Source: a bacterium
GTDB lineage: Bacteria > UBA8248
Direction: 5' to 3'
NCBI GenBank assembly: GCA_965213625.1
Contig: CBDBZU010000004.1
Location: forward strand, 2,080,001-2,144,000
Length of the DNA stretch: 64,000 nucleotides
Shown: piece by piece, positions 1 through 10,300 of the stretch
Position numbering within the stretch: position 1 is the first letter of the stretch
Layout of the letters: every line of letters begins with the position of its first letter
Position numbers and translations under genes: made by a program
The notes under the pieces: model-generated
What the model was told of the DNA's origin: nothing
The model's database searches: none
Seen by the model: only the letters and a program-made list of their open reading frames with translations

Positions 1-1
1 C

Positions 2-736
2 GCGATTCGCGAGCAAAAAAGCGTCGCCGTGGGGCAGGGCTCTCTGTTCGGAGGGGATGAAGCGGCCAAGGGCGCCCTTCACCTGCCTGAGGTAGCCGAG
101 TGGGAGGACGGCGAGCGCCTGGCCAGCGAGCGCGAGGTGCTGGGTTTTTATGTTTCAGGACACCCGCTCGATGATCACAAGGAAGTTATCGAGCGCTTCG
201 CCAACATCGACACCTTGCGCCTCACCGAAGTTACGAGCGCGCGCCAGCTCAAGATGGCCGGTCTCATCCGATCCTCGCGGCTGCGCACGACGCGCGCGGG
301 CCGGCGTATGGCGAACTTCGTCTTGGAAGATCAAGTGGGCACGGCGGAGATGACGCTGTTTCCCGACGTGTTCGAGAGTTGCCACGAAATCCTCGAGAGC
401 GACGAACCCGTTCTCATCGAGGGCGTGGCCGAGGTCTCGGATGATGGGGTTCAGGTAGTGGTGCGCGCCATCGAACCTCTCTCGGAAGTAGAGGTGAACC
501 GTGCGAGCAGGGTTCTGGTCGACCTCGAGCCCGAGTGCCGCACGCCGAATCGCCTGCAATCCATCCGCGAAGTACTGGCCAGGCATCCGGGCAACTGCGC
601 CGTGCAATTTACGCTCAGGTTTCCCAGTCGCGAAGTGCGCATTGAGGCGGGCGAGGGATTCGTGGTGGCGCCGACGGCGGAACTGACCGAAGAACTGGGA
701 GACCTGGTGGGCGCGGGAGCCGTTCGCTTTGAATAG
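2..736 (+). CDS. dnaE: DNA polymerase III alpha subunit, C-terminal part (5' truncated by window edge)
   Basis: EREVLGFYVSGHPL motif, OB-fold (MANFVLEDQVG..EMTLFP) and C-terminal tau-binding region; frame is open from position 2. Confidence 0.95.
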   Translation, partial: AIREQKSVAVGQGSLFGGDEAAKGALHLPEVAEWEDGERLASEREVLGFYVSGHPLDDHKEVIERFANIDTLRLTEVTSARQLKMAGLIRSSRLRTTRAGRRMANFVLEDQVGTAEMTLFPDVFESCHEILESDEPVLIEGVAEVSDDGVQVVVRAIEPLSEVEVNRASRVLVDLEPECRTPNRLQSIREVLARHPGNCAVQFTLRFPSREVRIEAGEGFVVAPTAELTEELGDLVGAGAVRFE

Positions 737-1430
737 ACCTTCCATCAGAGCCGCATTCCTGGGGAGGATGGCGTTTGGCGATGCCTGGGATTTGCAAAAG
801 CGCCTGTGGGCCGAGCGCGCTGAGGGCCGTCTCGGGGAGGATGTCTTTCTCTTTCTGGAGCACGAGCCGGTCATGACGCTGGGCAAGGGGGGGAGCGAAG
901 CGAACGTGCTTCTCAGGCGCTCGCCCGTTGACGGCGCAGAGGTTCCTCTCGTACGGATCAACCGGGGCGGTGAGGTGACCTTTCACGGTCCGGGCCAGTT
1001 GATGCTCTATGCTATCTGCGACCTCCGTGAGTGGGAGCGTGACGTGCACCTTCACTGCAGAAGGCTTGAGGAGGTTTTTCGGCGTTACATGGAGAAGAGC
1101 GGGTTTCGCGCCGAGAGAAGGCCGGGGAATCCGGGCCTTTGGGTGGAGGATGAGAAAATTCTCGCTTTGGGCGTTGGCGCGAGGCGCTGGGTGACGATGC
1201 ACGGGGTTTCATTCAACGCATCTCCGGATCTGCGATATTTTGAAATGATGCACCCCTGCGGCGAGGTGGGTGGACGGACGACTTCCCTGGAAAAGCTCGT
1301 GGGGGAGACTCCGCCGCTGCCGGAACTCGCACAGGATTTGATTTCCATTTGCGCGGACGTTTTTGATACCCACATTACAATGGAAACCGACCCGGCGCGG
1401 GTCGTAGGAGTTCTCCCAAGTGTTTCTTGA
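729..1430 (+). CDS. lipB: Lipoyl(octanoyl) transferase
   Basis: LEHEPVMTLG, NRGGEVTFHGPGQL, KILALG, HGVSFN and PCG motifs. Confidence 0.93.
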   Translation: MNRPSIRAAFLGRMAFGDAWDLQKRLWAERAEGRLGEDVFLFLEHEPVMTLGKGGSEANVLLRRSPVDGAEVPLVRINRGGEVTFHGPGQLMLYAICDLREWERDVHLHCRRLEEVFRRYMEKSGFRAERRPGNPGLWVEDEKILALGVGARRWVTMHGVSFNASPDLRYFEMMHPCGEVGGRTTSLEKLVGETPPLPELAQDLISICADVFDTHITMETDPARVVGVLPSVS

Positions 1431-2244
1431 ACCGAAAAGTTCCAGAGGAGGAAAATGGAGCCTCGCCGCGAGTCTGGCGGGCGTTTTCATTTTGCTCGCC
1501 GCAGCGCAGGTGTTCGCGGCTTCGGGCTTTGCCGGGTTGGGATTTACGCCCAAGGTATGGGAGCTTCTGAAGAAAGGGGGGTATACGATGATCCCCCTAG
1601 GGTTGTGCTCGGTCATTGCGCTCATGGTGACGCTCGAGCGGCTCATCTCTTTGAGGCGCAAGAAAGTCCTGCCCCAAGCCCTGGTGAGCGCTTCGGAAAG
1701 CTGCTGGCGCAGAGGAGATTTCGAGGAGGCCGCTCAAGTATGTGAACGGTTCGATTCACCGCTTGGGCGTGTACTAAAAGCGGGTCTGGCGAGGCGACGC
1801 CTGGGCCTCGGCGAGATGGAGCGCGCCATGGTCGGTGCGGGTCAGCACGAGTCGACCGTCTTGTCGCGCAACCTCCGCGGTTTGGGCGTCATCGCGAATC
1901 TGGCGCCTATGCTGGGCCTTTTCGGCACAGTCGTGGGGATGATTCGCGCTTTCGACGTCATCAGCCGCGCCGGGACTGGAAACCCGAATCTGGTGGCGGA
2001 GGGGATATCCGAAGCGCTGTTGACGACGGCGGCGGGTCTTTTGATTGGCATTCCCGCTCTTGCGGCGTATCACTTTTTCCGTTCGCGCAGCGGCCGTCTC
2101 CTGTTCGAGATGGAATCCATCTCACTGGCGCTTTTGCAGAACCTTGCGGCACAATCCGGTGAATCCGCCGAGAACACGGATAATGCGTTCCACGACGAGG
2201 CTGATGGCTTAGAGAGCGTGAGTCCGCAGGGCGAGGATAATTGA
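1420..2244 (+). CDS. exbB: MotA/TolQ/ExbB proton channel protein
   Basis: APMLGLFGTVVGMI and GISEALLTTAAGL..GIPA signatures; start codon uncertain. Confidence 0.9.
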   Translation: MFLEPKSSRGGKWSLAASLAGVFILLAAAQVFAASGFAGLGFTPKVWELLKKGGYTMIPLGLCSVIALMVTLERLISLRRKKVLPQALVSASESCWRRGDFEEAAQVCERFDSPLGRVLKAGLARRRLGLGEMERAMVGAGQHESTVLSRNLRGLGVIANLAPMLGLFGTVVGMIRAFDVISRAGTGNPNLVAEGISEALLTTAAGLLIGIPALAAYHFFRSRSGRLLFEMESISLALLQNLAAQSGESAENTDNAFHDEADGLESVSPQGEDN

Positions 2245-2646
2245 ATGCGCTTTCAGAGCGATTTGGAGGAAGACTACAGCCTCCAGCTCACCTCACTCAT
2301 AGACGTCGTCTTCTTGCTCCTCATCTTTTTCATGGTCTCCACCTCCTTTGTGGATTTCACCCGCAGGCTCGACATTGAACTGCCCGAAGCCAAATCGAGC
2401 GCCGAGGTGGTGGAGAAAAAATCGTTTCTCATCGAAGTCGGCTCGGAAAAGCGAATTTCGCTGAACGGCAAGACTGTGCTGCTCGATGAACTCGAAAGCG
2501 AGTTGAAGTCGGGAGTCGAGAGCGGGAAGTTCAAGCCCTCTCTTACGATCAAGGCGGACAAGCGCCTCGATTACGGCTATGTGATCAAGGTGATGGGCCT
2601 CATCTCCGAAGCGGGCGTTCGGGACATCTCACTGGCGACGAAATAG
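2245..2646 (+). CDS. exbD: ExbD/TolR biopolymer transport protein
   Basis: LTSLIDVVFLLLIFFMV TM segment with conserved Asp; IKADK..DYG.V..VM. Confidence 0.92.
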   Translation: MRFQSDLEEDYSLQLTSLIDVVFLLLIFFMVSTSFVDFTRRLDIELPEAKSSAEVVEKKSFLIEVGSEKRISLNGKTVLLDELESELKSGVESGKFKPSLTIKADKRLDYGYVIKVMGLISEAGVRDISLATK

Positions 2647-2694
2647 AATCATGGGTATTGGCGCGGTGTAAACGCATCCGCGCTTGATTTTCAT

Positions 2695-3369
2695 GTGGAG
2701 AAAAGCGTGAACCAAAGGCGGGCCGATACCACGGTTTCCATACCGCGCAAGGCCGAAACCACCACGCGCGTACTTCTGCTCAGGCACGGCGCGGCAGAAG
2801 GTTCAAAAGAGGGTTTTTTCTACGGCAGCACCGATGCGCCGCTCCTGGCCGAGGGCGAGGCGCAGGTGCGGGATGCGGCGCCGCGCGTCAAGGGCTGGTT
2901 GAAAGAGAGTGAAACGGCCCTTTACGCCAGTTCGCTCACCCGCTCCGTGAGGACGGCGGAAATTCTATCAGAGGCAATGGGATTGGGACTTGCGCCCACA
3001 ATCACTCCCGAAATCGCCGAGCTTCACCTGGGCGATTGGGAGGGGGAGACGCACGCCACCCTCGCGGAAAAAGAACCCGAGCGACTGGCCGAACATTACA
3101 AGAATTTCGTGCACTCCAAGCCGCCGGGCGGCGGAGAATCCGTGGCCGAACTCGCCGCCCGTGTTTTGTCTGCGTTTCGCAATATCTGCGCCCGGGAGAA
3201 GGAGAAGAACGTCATCGTCTGCGCGCATGCAGCGGTGAACCGGGTGATTCTATGCGATGCGCTGGGCGCTCCGCTCGATAGTTTTTTTCGGCTGGAGCAG
3301 GATTTTGCGGCCTTGAACGTGATCGACCTGCACGAGGGCGCGCCCCTCGTCCGCACGATGAACATTTAA
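2695..3369 (+). CDS. Histidine phosphatase family protein (CobC/phosphoglycerate mutase-like)
   Basis: LLRHG catalytic motif, E.HLGDWEG, PPGGGES, VCAH. Confidence 0.88.
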   Translation: MEKSVNQRRADTTVSIPRKAETTTRVLLLRHGAAEGSKEGFFYGSTDAPLLAEGEAQVRDAAPRVKGWLKESETALYASSLTRSVRTAEILSEAMGLGLAPTITPEIAELHLGDWEGETHATLAEKEPERLAEHYKNFVHSKPPGGGESVAELAARVLSAFRNICAREKEKNVIVCAHAAVNRVILCDALGAPLDSFFRLEQDFAALNVIDLHEGAPLVRTMNI

Positions 3370-3444
3370 TGAAATACGCTTGGTGCGCCTACCTGTGCGG
3401 CGATGCCGCGAGAGTCATCTCAATCGGCGCTGCCTAAAGAAAAA

Positions 3445-3870
3445 TCACTCAGTTTTTTCTTTATTCGCCGCTTCGTCCATGGCCGATACGATGTCCGTTC
3501 GGGAAAAATCACCGCCCTTGAACAAAAGTGGCGCATCCAGATACTTGGCCAAGGCATAGGAGAAGCAATCGCCATAGTTCAGGGCGGCGCCGTGGCCTGT
3601 CCCCTTACCGAAGCGCCTGTAGGCGTCGAAAGCAATGTCGGCAATGCGAGGAGACACTTCCATAACAGTCGTACCACTCTTCTGGAAAAAAGCGTCCAGC
3701 GCCAGGGTCGCACTATCATCGAATCGGGCAAACAAAATGATGCGGGTTTCAAGCAGATTCGCAGCGCTGATGCAGGTGTGAGCAGACTTTTCAATCAACT
3801 CATTGAAGGAGCGTCTTTCGGGTTCATCGCTCATGATGGCGATGAGCGCCGATGTGTCGATGACCATCAC
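3445..3870 (-). CDS. vapC: VapC PIN-domain toxin
   Basis: MVIDTSALIAI, LNYGDCFSYALAK, LLFKGGDF. Confidence 0.93.
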   Translation of the reverse strand: MMVIDTSALIAIMSDEPERRSFNELIEKSAHTCISAANLLETRIILFARFDDSATLALDAFFQKSGTTVMEVSPRIADIAFDAYRRFGKGTGHGAALNYGDCFSYALAKYLDAPLLFKGGDFSRTDIVSAMDEAANKEKTE

Positions 3871-4124
3871 GCGGGCAGGCCGCTTTCGTCATACCCGATG
3901 ATTTCATCGCTGTTTCGATCGTCACGTCTCGGTAGCTTGGCGCAATAGAGGGCGATGCGGTCCAGTTCATCGGCAAGCGGGGTTCCGCCCCGCATCTTCT
4001 CCACCTGAGCCAGCTTCTCCTGTATGGCGCCCTTGACGGCCTTGGCCATGGATTCTCCGGTCAGGCTCGCAAGCCTTTTCGCCAACGCATGGGTATCGTC
4101 ATCTTTGATGTTCAGTGGCATCAT
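3867..4124 (-). CDS. vapB: VapB antitoxin (Rv0623-like)
   Basis: LNIKD..THALA..LA..TGESM..AV and EIIGYDESGLP; overlaps the vapC start by 4 nt. Confidence 0.9.
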   Translation of the reverse strand: MMPLNIKDDDTHALAKRLASLTGESMAKAVKGAIQEKLAQVEKMRGGTPLADELDRIALYCAKLPRRDDRNSDEIIGYDESGLPA

Positions 4125-4128
4125 TTAT

Positions 4129-4171
4129 TCCTCCATTCATTAATTATCGGAGGAATGGAGGATAAAGTCAA
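4129..4171 (-). promoter_or_regulatory. vapBC sigma70 promoter with overlapping inverted-repeat operator
   Basis: Minus strand TTGACT(4171-4166)-17 bp-GATAAT(4148-4143); perfect 10-bp IR TCCTCCATTC(4129-4138)/GAATGGAGGA(4153-4162). Confidence 0.7.
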
Positions 4172-4232
4172 TTCTGATTCATAATTCATGTTGAAAGTCA
4201 GATCTTCTCACAGAAAAAAAGTTCTCTGACCC

Positions 4233-5201
4233 CTACTTCCCTCTGTAGGCTTTGATGATCGCCGCGCCCTCGGCGCCGGCGGCCTTACTCCATTCGGCGG
4301 ACATGGTTTCGCCGATTTTGGCCAGATCGGCGGCGAGCCGCTTCCCGGGCCTCTGCACACTCATGCCGCCTGCGGCGAGTTGTTTGAGATAAAAGCCGGT
4401 CAACTCGCGTGCCCGCGCCGTACCTGCCGCTTCGGCCAGAAGTGCTGAGGAGCGCAGGCAGTTTTGGGTATGGGCATCAAGCGCCTCGAAAGCTCGCTTA
4501 TTGGCGAATATGTAGTTGCGCGGCAGCCAGGCTTGGGTGTCATAAAAATGGCTCACGTGTTTCCACTGCTTGAGTTCGTAGCCGGTTGCGCTTGATGAGA
4601 TGTAGGCTTCCACTTTACCGCTTGCCAGTGCGGGTTCGAGTTCCGCCAGCTCGATGTGCACTGAGGGCATTCCGGCGAGTTCGGCGAATCGCGCCGTCGC
4701 GGCATTGTAGGCGCGGAATTTGATGCCCCGCATGTCGGTGACGCCGTTGATCGCGCGCTTGAAGTACATCCCCTGCGGCGGCCAGGGGACGGAGTAGAGC
4801 AGCACGAGATTCTGCGCGGCGAGAATCTTCGTCAACCGACCTTTGGCTGACCGCCAGAGTTTTTCGGACGCATCGAAAGAGGTGGCCAGCAGCGGCACGG
4901 AGTCGAACCCGAAGACGGCGTTTTCGTTCTGATGCGCGCTCAGCAGGCGCTCGCCGATGGGAGCCTTCCCGCTCTGTACGGCGCGCTTGATTTCACCGCC
5001 CTTGATGAGAGAACCGCCTCCATGCACCGCGATGTCGAGTTTTCCCCCGGTGCATACGCCCACCGCCTTGGCGAAGAGTTTTGCGTTTTGCGTGTGGTAG
5101 TTCGCGTTCCCGTATGCTGTCGGCATGTTCCATTTTTCCGCCCCATGGGCCGCACCCGCCCAAAGGAGCAGGCACGCAGCCAGTCCCGTCAACCATTTCA
5201 T
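4233..5201 (-). CDS. TRAP transporter substrate-binding protein (DctP family)
   Basis: Signal peptide; W.MPTAY, VPWPPQGMYF, KFRAYN, WLPRN motifs. Confidence 0.9.
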   Translation of the reverse strand: MKWLTGLAACLLLWAGAAHGAEKWNMPTAYGNANYHTQNAKLFAKAVGVCTGGKLDIAVHGGGSLIKGGEIKRAVQSGKAPIGERLLSAHQNENAVFGFDSVPLLATSFDASEKLWRSAKGRLTKILAAQNLVLLYSVPWPPQGMYFKRAINGVTDMRGIKFRAYNAATARFAELAGMPSVHIELAELEPALASGKVEAYISSSATGYELKQWKHVSHFYDTQAWLPRNYIFANKRAFEALDAHTQNCLRSSALLAEAAGTARARELTGFYLKQLAAGGMSVQRPGKRLAADLAKIGETMSAEWSKAAGAEGAAIIKAYRGK

Positions 5202-5323
5202 TCTTGAGTCCTCCGTTATGTGAACGCCCTCGCTTAAAGTAACGATATGCAGAAAATCGCAAATTTATTCTATACTACAATGATTCTCAGAGGACCCTCA
5301 TTTTTTCTCTCACGGAGGGTCCC

Positions 5324-6622
5324 GTGCCGCTTATCGAGAAAATCTGCAAAAAACAGGTTCGTGCGTGTGTGATGGGTTTGGGATACGTCGGACTCCCGCT
5401 CGCCCTGGAGTTCGTGCGCGCAGGCTACCGGGTAGTCGGTCTGGATACGGACCCCCGCCGCATTGACGACTTGGGAGAGGCGAAGAGCCACATCCTGGAT
5501 GTTTCCTCAAATAGCCTGTCTGCGGCGTTGGGGACGAATCGGCTCGAGTTCACTTGTGATCATCGGGTGATTGCGGATGTGGACACCGTCAGCATTTGCG
5601 TCCCCACGCCGTTAGGGAGGACCCGGGACCCGGATTTGTCTTTCGTCCAGTCTGCATTCGAGAGCATCAAGCGGTACCGAAGACGGGAACAGCTCTACGT
5701 GCTCGAGAGCACCACCTATCCAGGGGCGACCGAGGAAATCGTTCTGCCCGTTTTGTCGGAAGCAGGCTGGGAAGTGGGTGAGGATTTTTATCTCGCTTTC
5801 TCGCCCGAGCGCGTGGATCCCGGTAACGAGTTCTACACCATGAGAAACATACCGAAAGTAGTGGGCGGCGTTACGCCAAGGTGCGCTGATTGCGCTAGCG
5901 CACTGTACGAAGGCGTCGTCGAGCAGATCGTTCAGGTCGCCTCGCCCCGGGTTGCAGAGATGGTGAAGCTGCTGGAAAACACCTTTCGCAGCGTGAACAT
6001 CGCCCTGGTGAATGAAGTGGCGAAAATGTGCCATGCCCTCGGCCTAGATGCGTGGGAGGTGATCGAGGCGGCGAAAACGAAGCCTTTCGGCTTTATGCCC
6101 TTTTATCCCGGGCCGGGCCTCGGCGGGCATTGCGTTCCCGTGGACCCCGTTTATCTGTCCTGGAAGGCGCGGCAGGCGGGATTCGAGACGAAGTTCATTG
6201 ACCTGGCCGATGAGGTGAACAACACGATGCCCCGGTTCGTCGTGGAACTCGCGTCCAGGGCTCTGAACGAAACAGGCAAGGCGCTCGTAGGGGCGAATGT
6301 CTTGCTGGCGGGGGTGGCGTACAAGGCGGACGTATCCGACATCCGGGAGAGTCCTGCTCTGGACGTCTGGCTCCATTTGGAGCGCCTCGGTGCAAGCGTT
6401 TTATATTCCGACCCCCATGTGCCGGTAATCGACGATCCTCCCATAAGAGCGCATTCACGGTCTATAAACGCTGAGTCGCTTCGTGAATACGATTGCGTAA
6501 TCGTGCTCACGAACCACAAATCACTGGATAGAGAATGCATTTACGCCCATGCGAACTGCATCGTGGATACGCGCAACGCTTTTGCGGATTTCGGACAAAA
6601 CGGCCGTTTGTTCAAACTTTGA
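5324..6622 (+). CDS. Nucleotide-sugar dehydrogenase (UDP-GlcNAc/ManNAc dehydrogenase family)
   Basis: GLGYVGLP, ICVPTP, ESTTYPG, SPERVDPG, GGHC, D.RESP. Confidence 0.93.
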   Translation: MPLIEKICKKQVRACVMGLGYVGLPLALEFVRAGYRVVGLDTDPRRIDDLGEAKSHILDVSSNSLSAALGTNRLEFTCDHRVIADVDTVSICVPTPLGRTRDPDLSFVQSAFESIKRYRRREQLYVLESTTYPGATEEIVLPVLSEAGWEVGEDFYLAFSPERVDPGNEFYTMRNIPKVVGGVTPRCADCASALYEGVVEQIVQVASPRVAEMVKLLENTFRSVNIALVNEVAKMCHALGLDAWEVIEAAKTKPFGFMPFYPGPGLGGHCVPVDPVYLSWKARQAGFETKFIDLADEVNNTMPRFVVELASRALNETGKALVGANVLLAGVAYKADVSDIRESPALDVWLHLERLGASVLYSDPHVPVIDDPPIRAHSRSINAESLREYDCVIVLTNHKSLDRECIYAHANCIVDTRNAFADFGQNGRLFKL

Positions 6623-6823
6623 CGCGCTTTTCTTCAGGCGAGGACTTTGTTGCGAGACGCCGGAAGTGTATAATCCTTGAAATAACAACTAGATGTAGAT
6701 TGCGTCACCTTCTCTGAAAATTCCGCCAGAGGTGGTTGACATCGCTTGGCCATCTGGGGTTTATATACACCTTCGTCTTCTCCAGGGAAGATTATTTATC
6801 AGCCGAAGAAGAGAAGAGAACAG

Positions 6824-7273
6824 ATGAGAATGTACCAGAAGACAGTCAGCCTCACGAAAGAGCAGGCCAACGCCCAGCGCGGCTGGGTGCTGGTGGATGC
6901 GAAGGATCAGACCCTGGGGCGCCTCTCCACGCGCGTGGCTACACTCCTGCGCGGGAAGCACAAGCCCGATTGGACGCCACACGTCGACAACGGCGAATAC
7001 GTCGTCGTCATTAATGCGGAGCGCATCGTGCTAACGGGCCGCAAACTTTCGGATAAAAAGTATTATCGCCACTCCGGCTACCCGGGGCATCTCAAAGAAG
7101 TGAACGCGGGGCGTATGCTGGAAACGCATCCCGAGCGCGTGATAGAACACGCCGTACGGGGTATGCTCCCTAAAAACAAGCTGGGGCGCTCCCTGCTGCA
7201 AAAACTCAAAGTATATGCGGGCGATAAACATCCGCATGAGGCGCAACAGCCAGAAACGATAGAATTGGACTGA
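6824..7273 (+). CDS. rplM: 50S ribosomal protein L13
   Basis: [31 protein letters not shown]; start at 6824 or 6830. Confidence 0.97.
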   Translation: MRMYQKTVSLTKEQANAQRGWVLVDAKDQTLGRLSTRVATLLRGKHKPDWTPHVDNGEYVVVINAERIVLTGRKLSDKKYYRHSGYPGHLKEVNAGRMLETHPERVIEHAVRGMLPKNKLGRSLLQKLKVYAGDKHPHEAQQPETIELD

Positions 7274-7298
7274 ACTCCGAGAGGTTTTTGAAACCAAT

Positions 7299-7694
7299 AT
7301 GGCCACGATACCGAAGCACTACGCCACGGGAAAACGAAAAACGGCCGTCGCGCGCGTCTGGATAGAGCCGGGCGACGGCAGGATTCTGGTGAATAACACG
7401 CCTGCGGACGAGTATTTTCTTCGCGACACTTCGCTCATGGTGATCAAGCAGCCCTTTGAGTTGACTGAGACATGGGGCAGCTACGACGTGCGGGCTACAG
7501 TGAAGGGTGGGGGACTTACCGGTCAGGCGGGCGCCGTTCGCCACGGCATTTCAAAAGCCTTGTTGGACGTGGACCCCGCATTTCGGACGATTCTTAAAAA
7601 AGCGGGCCTCATCACGCGTGATTCCCGCGTCAAAGAGCGTAAAAAATACGGCTTGAAAGGCGCGCGCAAGAGCTTCCAGTTCTCCAAGCGCTAA
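7299..7694 (+). CDS. rpsI: 30S ribosomal protein S9
   Basis: [25 protein letters not shown]-terminal QFSKR. Confidence 0.98.
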   Translation: MATIPKHYATGKRKTAVARVWIEPGDGRILVNNTPADEYFLRDTSLMVIKQPFELTETWGSYDVRATVKGGGLTGQAGAVRHGISKALLDVDPAFRTILKKAGLITRDSRVKERKKYGLKGARKSFQFSKR

Positions 7695-7713
7695 CCACTG
7701 CGGTGGTCTATTC

Positions 7714-7743
7714 GGGGGCTGGCTTTGCCGGCCCCTTTTTTTG
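7714..7743 (+). terminator. Rho-independent terminator after rpsI
   Basis: GGGGCTGGC-TTT-GCCGGCCCC followed by a T-run. Confidence 0.8.
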
Positions 7744-7823
7744 TGCGAAAAAATGGGTTGTGGTGAACACTCGATCCGATAAGAGTTTGATGCGAATCGC
7801 CTAAGATTCTGGAGGAAAAAGAG

Positions 7824-8861
7824 ATGCCTAAAATCGCCGTGGTCGGAGCCACGGGGTATACGGGTTTTGAATTGTTGAGGCTTCTCGGATCCCACGGGGG
7901 TGTGGAAGTAATAGCCCTCACGTCCGAGACCTACACAGGCAAGAAGGTGGATGAGGTGTTTCCCGCCCTCGCCTCCGTCAATGGCGGTACGCTCGTGAAG
8001 TTCGAACTCGCAGTCTGCGAGGGAGCCGACATCGTATTTTGCTGCCTGCCCCACAGGGTGGCGATGAACACCGTACCCTCCTTGCTGGAGGCCGGTCACC
8101 GTGTGGTAGATTTTTCCGCCGATTACCGCTTGCGGGATTTTACCGTCTATGAAGCATGGTACAAGACAGAGCATACCTCTCCCGAAAGAATAACGGACGC
8201 CGTCTACGGGGTGCCCGAACTCTATCGAGAGGACATCAAAAAGGCGCGCCTCGTCGCGAACCCGGGTTGTTACCCCACGGGAGCGATTCTGGCCCTGGCT
8301 CCGCTATTAAGGGCGAGGCTCATAAAGCCGGACTCCATCATCGTGGATGCGAAGTCCGGTGTCTCGGGAGCGGGCAGAAAAGCGGATTTGAGCATTCAGT
8401 TCAGCGAGGTGAACGAGGGCTTCAAGGCCTACAGCGTGGGAAATCATCGCCATACGCCAGAAATTGAACAGGAGTTGTCCGTCGCCTTGGGTGAAACGGT
8501 GCAGGTTTCCTTTACCCCGCATCTGGCGCCCATTACGCGGGGCATTCTCTCGACCATCTATGCCGAGGGCGAGGGCGGCGCCGACGCCTCGGCGGTTCGG
8601 GCGGCGCTTCGCGACGCCTATGCGGATGAGCCGTTCATCCGCCTGATGCCCGAGGGCGCATTTCCCAACGTGACGCAGGTGGCCGGGTCGAACTACGTGG
8701 ATGTCGGTTTGACGCATGATGAGCGTACCTCGCGCTTCATCATTGTCGCGGCGATAGATAACCTGGTGAAAGGCGCATCGGGCGCTGCGGTTCAGAACAT
8801 GAACCTGATGCTGGGGCTTCCAGAAACACAAGGTCTCCTGCACCCGGGTTTTTGGATGTAA
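7824..8861 (+). CDS. argC: N-acetyl-gamma-glutamyl-phosphate reductase
   Basis: GATGYTG, ANPGCYPT, SGVSGAG, DNLVKGASG. Confidence 0.97.
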   Translation: MPKIAVVGATGYTGFELLRLLGSHGGVEVIALTSETYTGKKVDEVFPALASVNGGTLVKFELAVCEGADIVFCCLPHRVAMNTVPSLLEAGHRVVDFSADYRLRDFTVYEAWYKTEHTSPERITDAVYGVPELYREDIKKARLVANPGCYPTGAILALAPLLRARLIKPDSIIVDAKSGVSGAGRKADLSIQFSEVNEGFKAYSVGNHRHTPEIEQELSVALGETVQVSFTPHLAPITRGILSTIYAEGEGGADASAVRAALRDAYADEPFIRLMPEGAFPNVTQVAGSNYVDVGLTHDERTSRFIIVAAIDNLVKGASGAAVQNMNLMLGLPETQGLLHPGFWM

Positions 8862-8883
8862 GCGAAACGAAAAAGAAGGGATA

Positions 8884-10104
8884 TTGAAAGTGAGCGAAAT
8901 AGAATTCATTCAGGCGATTGAGGGTGGTGTTTGCGCGGCCGAGGGAGTCCGCGCCGCCTCGGTGACGGCGGGCATCAAGTATTCCGGCAATCCGGATATG
9001 GTGCTGCTCGTTTTTGACCCCCCGGCCACTGCCGCCGGCGTTTATACCCAGAACAAAATGTGCGCCGCTCCCGTCACCCTGTGCAGGGAACGGGTCGGGA
9101 AATCGCCATTGCGGGCGTTCCTAATCAACAGCGGCAACGCGAACGCCTGTACGGGCGAGCAGGGCTATCGAGACGCTGTGAGCCTGTGCGGTGAAGTGGC
9201 GGATTCGCTCGACTGCCCGGAAGCGCAAGTCGCCATGTCTTCCACAGGACTCATCGGCGCTCCGCTCCCGGTTGATTTGATGAAAGCCCAAATCGCAAAT
9301 CTGGTGTCCGGTCTTTCGGCGGACAATGGACACGAGGCGGCGGTGGGCATCATGACGACCGACACACGGCCTAAGGAGTATGCCGTTGAAGTCAGCACCC
9401 CGGAGGGTGATTACCGCATCGGCGGAATCACCAAGGGGGCCGGCATGATCGCTCCCGACATGGCGACCATGCTCGCCTACATCGCAACCGACGCCGTGGT
9501 TGCGCAAGCCGATCTCCAGGCCATCCTTCGGGCCGTCGTACGGAAAACATTCAACTGCGTGACGATTGACGGCGATACGTCGACGAACGACACGGTGATC
9601 CTGGCCGCCACGGGTGCATCCGAAGTGGCGCTCGAATCGACGGAAGCCCTGACGCGTTTCGAGGCGGGCCTTTACGGGGTGTGCAAGGAACTGGCCCTGG
9701 CCATCGTTCGCGATGGAGAGGGCGTCAACAAGGTGGTGGAGGTGAAAATCACGGGCGCCGCCAACGAGGAGCAGGCGCATATGGCGGCGAAGTCTGTTTC
9801 CGAGAGCCTGTTGGTCAAGACGGCCATTCATGGAGAAATGCCCAACTGGGGCCGAATGTTCGCTGCGGCCGGTTACAGCGGCGCGGATGTGGCTCCGGAT
9901 AAGATGTCGCTGAGATTCGAGAACGTGGAAGTGATGCGCGATGGCGCGCCTGTTCCGGGTTGGATCGAAGCACTGACACCTTTGCTCAAGCAACCCGAAT
10001 ACAGCCTCGAACTGGGGCTGGGAGTCGGTGATGCAGAAGCCGTTTTCTGGACGACGGATCTCAGCGCGGAATACGTGCGCTTCAACGCGGATTACAAGAC
10101 GTGA
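8884..10104 (+). CDS. argJ: Bifunctional ornithine acetyltransferase/N-acetylglutamate synthase
   Basis: NSGNANACTG, IMTTDT, KGAGMIAPDMATML, DTSTND. Confidence 0.96.
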   Translation: MKVSEIEFIQAIEGGVCAAEGVRAASVTAGIKYSGNPDMVLLVFDPPATAAGVYTQNKMCAAPVTLCRERVGKSPLRAFLINSGNANACTGEQGYRDAVSLCGEVADSLDCPEAQVAMSSTGLIGAPLPVDLMKAQIANLVSGLSADNGHEAAVGIMTTDTRPKEYAVEVSTPEGDYRIGGITKGAGMIAPDMATMLAYIATDAVVAQADLQAILRAVVRKTFNCVTIDGDTSTNDTVILAATGASEVALESTEALTRFEAGLYGVCKELALAIVRDGEGVNKVVEVKITGAANEEQAHMAAKSVSESLLVKTAIHGEMPNWGRMFAAAGYSGADVAPDKMSLRFENVEVMRDGAPVPGWIEALTPLLKQPEYSLELGLGVGDAEAVFWTTDLSAEYVRFNADYKT

Positions 10105-10300
10105 ACGCTTTTGATTCTGTGACTTGAATCGTCGGTGTTCTTATGAGACATTCCATCCGCCGAACGATGGCGGTCGTCGCGGCGGCGGAGTCGGTCGGCG
10201 AATTAATCGAATAAAATCAAATGCTTAAAAATTCAGCCTCATCCGCCAGGAGGCTGGCAGGGCCCCCCTCGATGAAAGGCGGGGCAAAAGGAGTTTTGCC

